A stretch of DNA of 64,000 nucleotides from a virus. The notes under the pieces are model-generated. The model was given only the letters and a program-made list of their open reading frames with translations. It was not told the DNA's origin and made no database searches. The stretch spans positions 1-64,000 of the IMG/VR virus record IMGVR_UViG_3300042453_005121. One strand, 5' to 3'. Shown here piece after piece: positions 29,548 through 38,255 of the stretch (within the stretch, counting starts at the first letter, position 1; every line of letters begins with the position of its first letter). The position numbers and the translations under genes are program-made.

Positions 29548-29977
29548 CGATCACTATGTCGGGCTGTGTCTCGGTTATTTCTTTTGCCCCGGGGAACGAG
29601 GTTGGGAAGTGGGTGGCGTACTTCATTCCCTCGAACTTCCTCTTGAACACCCTGCACACGAGCCTGTCGCACTTCCTGCGGAGGTTGTCTGCCAGGGCTA
29701 GGCCCGACAGGTTTAAAACTCCGTCGCCTATTATGACTTCGGACATAGAGGACAAATCTGCCCAGTCGCGCGCTATCACCGGTTTTTTCTGCACCGTGGG
29801 GTTGAGGTCCACCATGTAGTCACAAATGTGTATGAGTTCCTTGGTCATTCCGAGTAGGCATACGGGACCGAATCCTCGGCATTTCTCCTCGTAGATTTTC
29901 ACTTCGTTTTGGTCGGGGGAAAGCGGGGGGCGGAGGTTCTGCCAGTGCCTGGCGTCTTGGATCAATTTGTCGTCCAT
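29531..29977 (-). CDS. Hypothetical (possibly a degenerate methyltransferase fold)
   Basis: LLGMTKEL and VIIGDGVLN. Start chosen from GTATATA-N5-ATG. Confidence 0.5.
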   Translation of the reverse strand: MDDKLIQDARHWQNLRPPLSPDQNEVKIYEEKCRGFGPVCLLGMTKELIHICDYMVDLNPTVQKKPVIARDWADLSSMSEVIIGDGVLNLSGLALADNLRRKCDRLVCRVFKRKFEGMKYATHFPTSFPGAKEITETQPDIVIVTWEG

Positions 29978-30021
29978 ATCGGTATATACCATGTGAAATC
30001 AATCATTTGCAGGAGAAAGAC

Positions 30022-31632
30022 ATGGGCCTTTATATCGTAGCCAACGCGGATGGCCATGTGATCAGCTCGACCGACGGATTGAATTGGACCGAGCCCTTTG
30101 ACACGGGGATAAGCATAGGCAAGGCGGCGGTCGGGCCGGGCAAGATCGTATACACCAGGTGCGACGTAGAAAAGAAAATGACCCCCCAGCCTGGCCTGTT
30201 CTATGCCTCGGCATGGAACCATACGCCCGCATTGGCGGCCGGCACGGGTCAGTACTACTACAACGAGGTTCATTACCTCGGGGGCAAGTTCGTGGCGGTC
30301 GGATACGAAAACACCTCGCCGATTTCTCCCGCTTTTGCCTACAGCGAAGATGGAGTCAATTGGACGATAGGCGATGTAGACCCCGTTTACATAGCCTTGG
30401 TAGGCAGCGGGAACGACATGCAATTCAATGACGTCGGCTACAACGGCACGGGTTACTTCATAATATCCAAGGTCTCAGGCGAGGGATTGGCGGGCGGTTT
30501 TTACACCGGCGATTTATCCCAAGGTCTATATGAGCAGCAATGGGTAGACATAATTAATTTCCCCGTGGACGCGAACCAGCTTCTGTTCACCGACATATCG
30601 GGTGGCGAAAACTGGGGCGCGTGGTCAGTATTCAGCGACGACAGGAAGACATGGGTTTCAACCTTCAACGAAGACCCGTCGGAACCTTGGAATTCTGTAA
30701 ACCTTGACCTTACGCAGATATTTCAGGAACATACCGGACTTTCAAATCTGGAGATAGCCGAGGCGACCATAGGCGTTATTGACGAGTATGTGACTTGGAT
30801 GGTGAGTACCTCTGACGGCCAGATAATATGGTGGCCACATGTTCCCGCCGGGCCGTTCGTGAGCGTGCCGGAGCCGTACACGGCCTCAGTTGTTTCCGTT
30901 GAAAACCTGAATCCCTTGGAGGTTCATCTGTCGTCCAACGGAGAGGAAGGTCCGGCTCTAAACAACGAGAGGATAACGATTTCTGGGGCTACGGACTCCA
31001 CGCCCGGGGCCAGCCCTGGATTTGAGAATCTTGACGGTTCTTACTTCGTAGAAAGTCTGGGATCGGGAAACTACAGGCTCCACACTGATCGCGACCTGGA
31101 ATCTCCCGTGGACGCGTCCTCGTGGATAGGCTCCTACAACGAGGGCAGTGGAACTGCCTCCATGAGCAGGGGCGTTTTCATAGACGCCCTCGGGTATGGG
31201 GACGGCAATTTCTTCGCCGGAAACGACGCCGAAGAGGTGTTCATGTGTTCCGAAATTGACGGAAATGACCTGGTCTGGACGAAGGTGGAAGACCTCAACA
31301 ACAGTCTAGAGTACTGGAACGACGTGGACTACGGCGACTTCGGGGCCTCTGTTTCTTATACTTACGAGTTTAGCGACGAGAGTCCTGAAACCATGCCCAA
31401 CTACAGGCACGGCGGGCCAGGCAACCTTGACACCACTGTTTATGAGAACGAGGGAGGCGCCAGGGTTTCACGTCAGAGGACCGGATATTTTGAGATCGTG
31501 AACGCCGTTGGCGGCAGGAAGGTCGTGGAGGTCTACGACGGGGAGACAGTGGACGACACTGTGGAAGTTCCTAGCGTTCCCGCCAACCCGACTGGCAATC
31601 CCAATGTCTTGGATTCGGGAAGCACTTTCTAG
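30022..31632 (+). CDS. Beta-propeller (BNR/Asp-box-like) protein with the shared module at its C-terminus
   Basis: SSTDGLNWT and YSEDGVNWT repeats; C-terminal GNLDTT...SRQRTG...DGETVDD...NPTGNP...GSTF. Confidence 0.7.
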   Translation: MGLYIVANADGHVISSTDGLNWTEPFDTGISIGKAAVGPGKIVYTRCDVEKKMTPQPGLFYASAWNHTPALAAGTGQYYYNEVHYLGGKFVAVGYENTSPISPAFAYSEDGVNWTIGDVDPVYIALVGSGNDMQFNDVGYNGTGYFIISKVSGEGLAGGFYTGDLSQGLYEQQWVDIINFPVDANQLLFTDISGGENWGAWSVFSDDRKTWVSTFNEDPSEPWNSVNLDLTQIFQEHTGLSNLEIAEATIGVIDEYVTWMVSTSDGQIIWWPHVPAGPFVSVPEPYTASVVSVENLNPLEVHLSSNGEEGPALNNERITISGATDSTPGASPGFENLDGSYFVESLGSGNYRLHTDRDLESPVDASSWIGSYNEGSGTASMSRGVFIDALGYGDGNFFAGNDAEEVFMCSEIDGNDLVWTKVEDLNNSLEYWNDVDYGDFGASVSYTYEFSDESPETMPNYRHGGPGNLDTTVYENEGGARVSRQRTGYFEIVNAVGGRKVVEVYDGETVDDTVEVPSVPANPTGNPNVLDSGSTF

Positions 31633-31664
31633 GAACTAATTTATATCAGGAACTAATTTATATC

Positions 31665-32045
31665 ATGTTGTCATTACAAGAATATAAGCAGTCAAAGGGC
31701 ACGAAGGGACTCGTCCAGAAGATGTTTGAGGCGAGGCAGGTCGCCCACAACCTGCATCTCAAGAGCAAGAGTTTTTCGGAGCACAAGGCTCTTAACTCGT
31801 TCTACGATGACCTTCTGGGATTCACGGACGATTTCGTAGAGACCTATCAAGGTCAGTACGGACTTCTAGGTGATTTTGAACTTAATGTTGAGGCGGTATC
31901 AAACGCCACGGAGTACCTTGAGGACTGTGCGAAGTTGTTTGCGGTCGGCAGGGACTCGCTGAAGGATTCTCACCTTCAGAACATTATGGACGAGGTTATA
32001 GCCCTTACCTACAAGACCATCTACAAACTCAAATTCCTGAAATGA
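31665..32045 (+). CDS. Ferritin/Dps-like four-helix phage protein (DUF5856-like)
   Basis: AHNLHL...SFSEHKALNSFYD...DDFVETYQG.YG...LQNIMDE...YKLKFL. Confidence 0.7.
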   Translation: MLSLQEYKQSKGTKGLVQKMFEARQVAHNLHLKSKSFSEHKALNSFYDDLLGFTDDFVETYQGQYGLLGDFELNVEAVSNATEYLEDCAKLFAVGRDSLKDSHLQNIMDEVIALTYKTIYKLKFLK

Positions 32046-32049
32046 AACA

Positions 32050-32086
32050 AAAAACCCCGCAGGTTGCCCTGCGGGGTTTCTGTTTT
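32050..32086. terminator. Bidirectional Rho-independent terminator
   Basis: aaaaccccgcagg-ttgc-cctgcggggtttc between convergent genes. Confidence 0.85.
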
Positions 32087-32103
32087 GCTGCCTCAAACAA
32101 AAC

Positions 32104-32442
32104 TCAGTTGCAGCAGTTGCAAGCCGGACGGCTCTTGGTCAGAACGAGTGCCTTGGTGCGGCAATCCTTCTTGGAAGGACAATCGCAGTTGCAACAGTCG
32201 CGGGCGTCACGGGCCTCCTGGCGGTCGGCCTGGCGGCTGAGACGACGAGACTGCCAAGCGGTGAGCCTTACCTCCTTGGCAGTTTCGCAGCAAGCCGGGG
32301 CGGCCGCAACAACGACGGTCTGGGTCGTGGGGGCGGAAGCGAGAACACTGACGGTGTTGTCGGCGGGGGTCGGAACGCCCTCGGCGGCGAAAGCCGCACA
32401 GGCAAAGACGCAGAAGGCAACGGTCAAAACAGTCTTAATCAT
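32104..32442 (-). CDS. Small secreted Cys-containing protein
   Basis: Sec-type signal peptide MIKTVLTVAFCVFACAAFA; CC/CxC-rich tail. Confidence 0.6.
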   Translation of the reverse strand: MIKTVLTVAFCVFACAAFAAEGVPTPADNTVSVLASAPTTQTVVVAAAPACCETAKEVRLTAWQSRRLSRQADRQEARDARDCCNCDCPSKKDCRTKALVLTKSRPACNCCN

Positions 32443-32555
32443 GAAAACTCCTATTGTTTATGTCCAGCGAACCATTCGGGGGACTCGTTCATTATAGTGC
32501 AAAAGAGCACGATGTAAAGCCGATTTATTTGACAAGCTGGGGCATTTAGAGACGA

Positions 32556-33059
32556 TCAGGGAATGTTCGCGGAAACATGACTCGTGATAGGACCCGCTTG
32601 AATATCCACACAAACTTCTTTCTTTTTTGGATCAAAACTCGTTATTGACCATGGTTTTAATATGTTCTCAAAAAATCTTCTTTGAGGAGTCGGACTGGCC
32701 GGTTCTTTCACGGATGTGGCCAAACTCACGACGGCGGACAGGGCGTTGTACCTCTTCCTGAAAACCGAGGGGGCTATGCCGAGGGAGGCGGCCGCAAGCA
32801 TCACGTTTGAATTGTTTTCCTCAAGTACCTTTTTAAGTTCTTCTAATTTTTCTTCGTCTCTGAACACCAGTCCGTTTGGAGGCGTGTATTTTTCGGCTCC
32901 TATCATGGATAGGAAGGCTTTTTTGTTCAGTCTGTCAAGACCCGAACATGCTCCGTTTCTGTTTTTTTGCGAGTACGATTGTTCGGGCCTATTTCTGAGC
33001 ACGAGGTTCATGCGTGCGAGGACGCATTCTTTGTATGTTTTGTTGGGGCAGTTTTGCAC
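32556..33059 (-). CDS. Hypothetical, possible Fis-like HTH protein (start uncertain)
   Basis: LEENNSNVMLAAASLGIAPSVFRKR. Confidence 0.45.
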   Translation of the reverse strand: MQNCPNKTYKECVLARMNLVLRNRPEQSYSQKNRNGACSGLDRLNKKAFLSMIGAEKYTPPNGLVFRDEEKLEELKKVLEENNSNVMLAAASLGIAPSVFRKRYNALSAVVSLATSVKEPASPTPQRRFFENILKPWSITSFDPKKKEVCVDIQAGPITSHVSANIP

Positions 33060-33132
33060 AATTCTATATAGAATGGATCAAAATGGTTTGGTTAATTCCT
33101 TTCAAATGGCCAAAATTGTACTATTTTATAAC

Positions 33133-33363
33133 ATGGCGTCCATCATACAGCAGGACAGTTATTGGTATTTGGACGGCGAGAACGAAGAAGCCGTCATGAA
33201 CGCCCTGTGTTCCATCTGTGCCAAGAAACAGAAAAAGGGATGGCGGTGGGAAGGTCGGCTCGGATACGGAGATTACGACCTTTTTTGTGAGTCCTGCGGA
33301 AATGCAATCCATTTACGGGGTGAAAATGAAGTCGAGGCTGAAGCCGGTAATAAAAGTAAGTGA
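33133..33363 (+). CDS. Small zinc-ribbon protein
   Basis: CSIC...CESC; overlaps the start of the Dam-like gene. Confidence 0.55.
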   Translation: MASIIQQDSYWYLDGENEEAVMNALCSICAKKQKKGWRWEGRLGYGDYDLFCESCGNAIHLRGENEVEAEAGNKSK

Positions 33364-34057
33364 CAGCAGAAGTCTTGTTTCGGATTGGATAGTTGAAAAA
33401 TTCCCGGAGAACTACAGGGAATTGACATATCTGGAGCCCTTCGTTGGAGGAGGCTCAGTGCTTCTGCACAAAGATCCTTCCGCTGAAGAGATCGTGAACG
33501 ACTCGGATTCGGATCTTGTGGACGCATGGAGGTCCCTGCGGGACGAACACAAGTTGTTTCTGTCCAAGGTGAGGCGCATAGAGCACAAAGAAGCGATATT
33601 TAAAAGGTACCAGAAGAAACAGGAGACGGACTACCTCAACGTCGGAGTGAGGGACTTTGTTCTGAGGCACATGAGTAAAAGCGGGCTCAAGAAGACCTAT
33701 CTCCCCAAGGAAAGGAACGTTAGGTGCGGAGATTGCTGGTGCGACATATTGGAGGTTGTTCCGGACGTGAGCGAGAGGATAAAGGACGTGTTCATGCTCA
33801 ACAGGGATGCTTTGGGCGTGATCAAGGCTTTCAGCCACAAGGACTCGCTCGTCTACTGCGATCCTCCGGCGGCTCAGGGCAAGGACTCGGAGATGGACGT
33901 TGACAAACACGTGGAACTCAGTGAAATGCTCAAGGATTTTAGGGGCAAAGTGATAATAAGTGCTGCGAATTCGGCCCTTTATCGGCGGCTTTACGCGGGC
34001 TGGACGAGGAAGGGTTTCCCGGGCAGCTCCAAGGATTCGATTTGGTTGAATTTTTGA
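33326..34057 (+). CDS. Dam-family (D12) DNA adenine methyltransferase homolog with a degenerate catalytic motif
   Basis: YLEPFVGGGSV and IVND present; motif IV reads VYCDPPA instead of DPPY. Confidence 0.8.
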   Translation: MKSRLKPVIKVSDSRSLVSDWIVEKFPENYRELTYLEPFVGGGSVLLHKDPSAEEIVNDSDSDLVDAWRSLRDEHKLFLSKVRRIEHKEAIFKRYQKKQETDYLNVGVRDFVLRHMSKSGLKKTYLPKERNVRCGDCWCDILEVVPDVSERIKDVFMLNRDALGVIKAFSHKDSLVYCDPPAAQGKDSEMDVDKHVELSEMLKDFRGKVIISAANSALYRRLYAGWTRKGFPGSSKDSIWLNF

Positions 34058-34078
34058 ATTCAACAACTAAATACATCC

Positions 34079-34366
34079 ATGTTGACATTCAGGGAATTCA
34101 GGGACTCAGAGTCCTCCAAGGAAGAGGAAAAAGCTCAGGAAGTGGTCAGGAAGGGAATGAACCTTCAGGGCGACAGCGATTTCTGGGATGATTTTTTGAG
34201 CCTGTGCGCGAACGCCTCAGGCATGGCCGCCCTTTTGGACGTGTCGGTGGAAAAGGTGACGGCCTTGGGGGGCAGGATAGGAAAAATGAGAAAGGCGATC
34301 GGCGAGAAGGACGGCCACGACGCCAAAAAGAACTCCAAATTGATAAAAACCGGAGACAAGACGTGA
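34079..34366 (+). CDS. Small protein with CTS-like N-terminus
   Basis: MLTFREFRDSE; CTAAATA-N5-ATG upstream. Confidence 0.7.
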   Translation: MLTFREFRDSESSKEEEKAQEVVRKGMNLQGDSDFWDDFLSLCANASGMAALLDVSVEKVTALGGRIGKMRKAIGEKDGHDAKKNSKLIKTGDKT

Positions 34367-34704
34367 AGAAGTTCAGCGAATGGCGTGATTCCATTGACGA
34401 AAACATGAATGCCTCGGCCCTGCGCGGCACCATCGGGGGCGGTGCTGTGAGTGTGGATCCAATTTTGAGAAGCAAATTGCGATCAAAAATACTTGACATA
34501 GTCAAAGAATTTCCTGACAAAAATCCAGCCGAACTTTTTCAGGAAATAATGGCCGTGGTGGGTCAGCTTCTGACAAAGGGGGGAGGGGCGACCACGTCCT
34601 CCAATAAAATGTACAACCAGTTGAATCAACAGTCGGTACAGAATCCCGTTCAGAAGAATCAACAGGCGCAGGCCCAACAGAACCAACAAGTCCAAAACCA
34701 GTGA
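34363..34704 (+). CDS. Small protein with CTS-like N-terminus (paralog of 34712)
   Basis: GTG start in a GTGA overlap; MKKFSEWRDSIDEN. Confidence 0.7.
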   Translation: MKKFSEWRDSIDENMNASALRGTIGGGAVSVDPILRSKLRSKILDIVKEFPDKNPAELFQEIMAVVGQLLTKGGGATTSSNKMYNQLNQQSVQNPVQKNQQAQAQQNQQVQNQ

Positions 34705-34711
34705 GGAAAAA

Positions 34712-35026
34712 ATGAAATCAATAAGAGAGTGGATGACGGAAAAGGGAATGATCAGCGAGGAAGTCAGGGGAGTTGACCTAGCCAGATTGCTCGGCGGCAC
34801 CAGTTTCCAGATCAATCGCAAATTGGCGGTGAAGCTGAATCCGAAGCTAGATCAGGTTCTGAAGTCAGAGGAGTTCGAAGGCGAGAGTCCCGAGGAAATG
34901 CTTCGTCAGATCATCGCCATCGCCGCAGAGAAACTCGGCGGTGTCGAAGGAACCACCGTGTCGGCAAACAAGTTGGCCGGGGGACTCAACCAGGCAGAGG
35001 ACCCCATCGCTCAGGAAGTCAGATGA
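34712..35026 (+). CDS. Small protein with CTS-like N-terminus
   Basis: MKSIREWMTE; GAGG SD. Confidence 0.7.
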   Translation: MKSIREWMTEKGMISEEVRGVDLARLLGGTSFQINRKLAVKLNPKLDQVLKSEEFEGESPEEMLRQIIAIAAEKLGGVEGTTVSANKLAGGLNQAEDPIAQEVR

Positions 35027-35322
35027 AGTCCTTTCTGGTCTGGTTGGAAGGCGAGGAGAGTCCAGCCCTTTCCGAGCCCCAGCACAAGCAGGGCGAAGCG
35101 AACATGGGCTTGGATTCCATCGTCGAAAGGCGAATGAAGCAGATCATAATGGAATTGGAAGGTTCCGGGAAAGGAACTCAGCAGGAGATACTCGCATCGG
35201 TCCAGAAATACCTCAAGGCGAAAGGAGTGCAGGCCGAGAAACCTGCGTCACAACCTCCTCAGGACGACGCTCAAGGTGCCCAACAGGACGGAATGCAGAT
35301 GCAGCCCGCGATGGCCAATTAG
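35023..35322 (+). CDS. Small protein with CTS-like N-terminus
   Basis: MKSFLVWLEGE; ATGA overlap. Confidence 0.7.
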   Translation: MKSFLVWLEGEESPALSEPQHKQGEANMGLDSIVERRMKQIIMELEGSGKGTQQEILASVQKYLKAKGVQAEKPASQPPQDDAQGAQQDGMQMQPAMAN

Positions 35323-35636
35323 ACATATTTCTCCCTGAACAAGTTCATCTTTATCGTCTCGACGTAGTCGTAAAGACACGTGTCTCCTTCGGACTTTATC
35401 TCCCTGAGCCTGTACACTGCCACCTTCTGACTGCCGTCTATCTGGTCATTGGTGAGGTATTCTATGAGTTTCTCGCCGAGTGTCTCGCGGGATATCTCGT
35501 TTCCGTCCACAATGCGCTTGAGTATTAGAGGCGGCTCCTCACCGTTTATCTCTATGACCCTGTCGAGGCATCCGTCCGCAGGGCCTCCGATGAGAAGGGC
35601 GTCCCATTCATATCCGTATCCTTCTTCCTTTTTCAT
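35319..35636 (-). CDS. Hypothetical protein
   Basis: 105 aa with LIGGPADG motif; ATGA overlap. Confidence 0.6.
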   Translation of the reverse strand: MKKEEGYGYEWDALLIGGPADGCLDRVIEINGEEPPLILKRIVDGNEISRETLGEKLIEYLTNDQIDGSQKVAVYRLREIKSEGDTCLYDYVETIKMNLFREKYV

Positions 35637-35956
35637 ATCCAGCCCTCTATCGTTGCCCTCTTTATTTCGTCTACAGCGACTCTCCTGCCAAGTGCTTCGC
35701 TTACTGCCTTGACAAATTCCTTCTCTATTTTTTGTTGTTCTTGGATGAGGTAATTGACGCCTTTTTGTTTGGCCTCCAGAAATCTGACCACATCTATCTT
35801 GAAGTCCAGTTTTCTGCCATCCAAGAAAACGGCTTTCTCCACGCCGTCTTTTTTGGGGTCTGGTCCCAAGGGACGCATTTTGACCTCAAATTTGTGCTTG
35901 AAATTACCGTCTCGGCCAATGGGCGGGACATCTGTTTGTATTTCTCTGTTGGTCAT
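35633..35956 (-). CDS. Hypothetical protein
   Basis: 107-aa ORF translationally coupled to the downstream gene. Confidence 0.6.
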   Translation of the reverse strand: MTNREIQTDVPPIGRDGNFKHKFEVKMRPLGPDPKKDGVEKAVFLDGRKLDFKIDVVRFLEAKQKGVNYLIQEQQKIEKEFVKAVSEALGRRVAVDEIKRATIEGWI

Positions 35957-35993
35957 AGAATAAAAGAGTTAAATACGCTCGGTATATAGTCTC

Positions 35994-36521
35994 ATGCAAG
36001 GATTATGGCTTGAGACTTCTATTTCCGAACTTTACACCAACTCCCGGAAGGCATTCCCCGGAACGAGCAAAAGGGAGAACTCCACCGACACGGTGAGGGT
36101 GGAGCACCTTGATTGGGTGCCTTTTGAAGGCGTCCGGACTCTTTTCGTGAAGGCGACCGTGAACAACGAAGGAAGGAAAAATGAATCAATAATACTTTTC
36201 AAGGGAGTCAACTACGGAAAGGCCGAAGGCAAGGGCTTCGTGCCACTGATGTCGTCATCGGGACGAAAGGTTTTCGTGGAGAGGCTCTCGGTCTCCGACG
36301 ACGAAGTGCTGGTGAGATGCACATGTGGAGACTTCTTCTGGCGTTTCAACTACTACAACTCCGTGGACAAGTCGCTCTTTGGAAGAAAAAGATCCAAGTA
36401 CGAGGGTCAGAACCTTTGGAAGGCCAACCCCACGGAGAGTTCCGGGATGTGCAAACACCTCATGAAATTGGCTAAAATCCTGCGGGAGGCCGATTTATTA
36501 ATCGCCGGCCGGAATATATAG
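35994..36521 (+). CDS. SWIM-type zinc-finger protein
   Basis: VRCTCGDF...GMCKHL. Confidence 0.7.
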   Translation: MQGLWLETSISELYTNSRKAFPGTSKRENSTDTVRVEHLDWVPFEGVRTLFVKATVNNEGRKNESIILFKGVNYGKAEGKGFVPLMSSSGRKVFVERLSVSDDEVLVRCTCGDFFWRFNYYNSVDKSLFGRKRSKYEGQNLWKANPTESSGMCKHLMKLAKILREADLLIAGRNI

Positions 36522-36527
36522 ATCAGT

Positions 36528-37091
36528 ATGACACACATGATCAATCCTAAAATAACCCAGGGCCAAAGGTTCCTGATAATAGGAACCATACTGGGCGGCA
36601 GCTCAATAATAAAGCCGAAGAAGGGCAAAAACTGCTACCTCTCCATGAGGGACAAGGACCTTTCGTGGCTCAAGTTCAAGGCCGATCAACTGAAGGAACT
36701 CACTTCTCAGTCGCCCTTGACCATAGAAAAGACCAACAGGTGGCATTCCGTCTGTTATCCTCTTTTCAACGAGTATTACGAGATGTTCTACAATGGAAAG
36801 AACAGGTCCCTCAAGGCCGAAAGTCTCAATCTTCTGCACGATTCAAGCATTGCGATATGGTTCGGCGATGCCGGGAAGTGCAAGAACGACAACGTCGTTC
36901 TGAACACGAACATATGGGGCAAGAAAGGCACCGAGACCATTGTTGAATATTTTGACAGCCTTGATTGGAAGGCTGGGATATTCATGGAGAGGAAGAACTA
37001 CAGGGTAAGGATGGACGAGGAGTCATCCAAGGACTTCCTGAAACTGGTCGGGCCTTACCTTCCCAAGAACAGAAAGTGTGGAAGGGACTGA
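36528..37091 (+). CDS. LAGLIDADG_2-type endonuclease homolog, apparently degenerate
   Basis: IIGTILGGSSI and IAIWFGDAG in place of the canonical LLGDG and WxMDDG. Confidence 0.75.
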   Translation: MTHMINPKITQGQRFLIIGTILGGSSIIKPKKGKNCYLSMRDKDLSWLKFKADQLKELTSQSPLTIEKTNRWHSVCYPLFNEYYEMFYNGKNRSLKAESLNLLHDSSIAIWFGDAGKCKNDNVVLNTNIWGKKGTETIVEYFDSLDWKAGIFMERKNYRVRMDEESSKDFLKLVGPYLPKNRKCGRD

Positions 37092-37092
37092 T

Positions 37093-37515
37093 ATGGCGGG
37101 CGCCGGTATATTCTTCACCGACGGAAAGAAGGTGCTTCTTCTGAAGCGCGGAGGCGAAGAACGCAACAAGGGAACGTGGGGACTTCCCGGCGGTGGTGTG
37201 GAAGAAGGAGAATCTGCCATTCAGGCGGCTCGCAGGGAGTCCGTGGAGGAATGCGGCCGTGTACAGGGCAGGCGATTCGGCAGCCTCGTGGAAAAGGACG
37301 ACGACCACGAGTGGACGACATTCTTCTTCAGAATCAAAAAGCCATTCAAGTGTAAACTGAGCGACGAACACACCGATTGGAAATGGTTTGATCTAGACGA
37401 TCTTCATAATTTGAATCTGCACCCTAAGTTCAAAAAGAATATGGAGAGGCACCTTTCTTTTCTCAAGAAAAGAAAGTCTTTCAGCGAGTGGCTGGAGATC
37501 CGGGAATCTTGTTGA
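37093..37515 (+). CDS. NUDIX hydrolase
   Basis: Nudix box WGLPGGGVEEGESAIQAARRESVEECG; C-terminal KSFSEWLEIRE. Confidence 0.9.
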   Translation: MAGAGIFFTDGKKVLLLKRGGEERNKGTWGLPGGGVEEGESAIQAARRESVEECGRVQGRRFGSLVEKDDDHEWTTFFFRIKKPFKCKLSDEHTDWKWFDLDDLHNLNLHPKFKKNMERHLSFLKKRKSFSEWLEIRESC

Positions 37516-38242
37516 TCATATATCCATTTTCAATAACGAAATCTTGGGTGCGTCGTATGCTCTGTGGAGTGCCCATGTCGCTCCAGAATCCCTTGACCAC
37601 GGATACGTCCATTGATTTTGACTCGCAGTAATGCTGGTTGACGTCCGTGATTTCAAGTTCTCCGCGCTTTGAAGGAATTAATTTTTCGGCTATATCGTAG
37701 ACCTTTGGGTGATACAAATAAAGGCCGGTGACTGCCATGTTGCTTTTGGGATTCTTCGGCTTTTCTTCTATCTCGCCCTCGTGGTACACGCCGAACCGCT
37801 CGGGATCATCAACTTCCTTGAGGAATATACGCGCGCTGTTGGGACATGAACCTTTGAAGAAGGTCATTTCGTCCGAGAAGGAATCCTCGTAGAAGTTGTC
37901 GCCCAATATGACCGCGAACGGATCATCGCCCGTGAAGCCTTGAGCAAGCTTGAGTGCCGATGCTATGCCGAGTTCCACCCGCATGACGTCTTGTATCTTG
38001 TAGGTGAATCTGGCTCCGAAGGCGTGTCCGTCGCCGAGATTGTGTATTATGGGTCCCGAGTGGTCACGCGAAGATATGATGAGTATTTCTTCTATCCCGC
38101 TGCTGACGAGCGTGTTTATAGGATAGAAGATCATGGGCAACGCTCCCTGATCCGTGTATATCGGCAACAGGTGCTTGTTGGTCACGAAGGTGGCGGGTTT
38201 CATCCTGCTGCCGGTGCCACCGGCGAGTATAACGCCCTTCAT
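37481..38242 (-). CDS. rmlA: Glucose-1-phosphate thymidylyltransferase (RmlA/SpsI-like)
   Basis: MKGVILAGGTGSRM, LGDN, EEKPKNPKSN, AVTGLYLY, RGELEITDVN and WSDMGT. Confidence 0.9.
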   Translation of the reverse strand: MKGVILAGGTGSRMKPATFVTNKHLLPIYTDQGALPMIFYPINTLVSSGIEEILIISSRDHSGPIIHNLGDGHAFGARFTYKIQDVMRVELGIASALKLAQGFTGDDPFAVILGDNFYEDSFSDEMTFFKGSCPNSARIFLKEVDDPERFGVYHEGEIEEKPKNPKSNMAVTGLYLYHPKVYDIAEKLIPSKRGELEITDVNQHYCESKSMDVSVVKGFWSDMGTPQSIRRTQDFVIENGYMINKIPGSPATR

Positions 38243-38255
38243 GCACGCCCCCTGC

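Noticed and set aside
32042-33132. Plus-strand ORF 32042-32497 and the 5' part of 32716-33363
   Set aside because: The first spans a terminator and is antisense to a signal-peptide gene; only the 33133-33363 part of the second looks coding.
36528-37091. Group I intron or intein around the LAGLIDADG gene
   Set aside because: The flanking genes are complete and unrelated, and no splicing motifs were seen.
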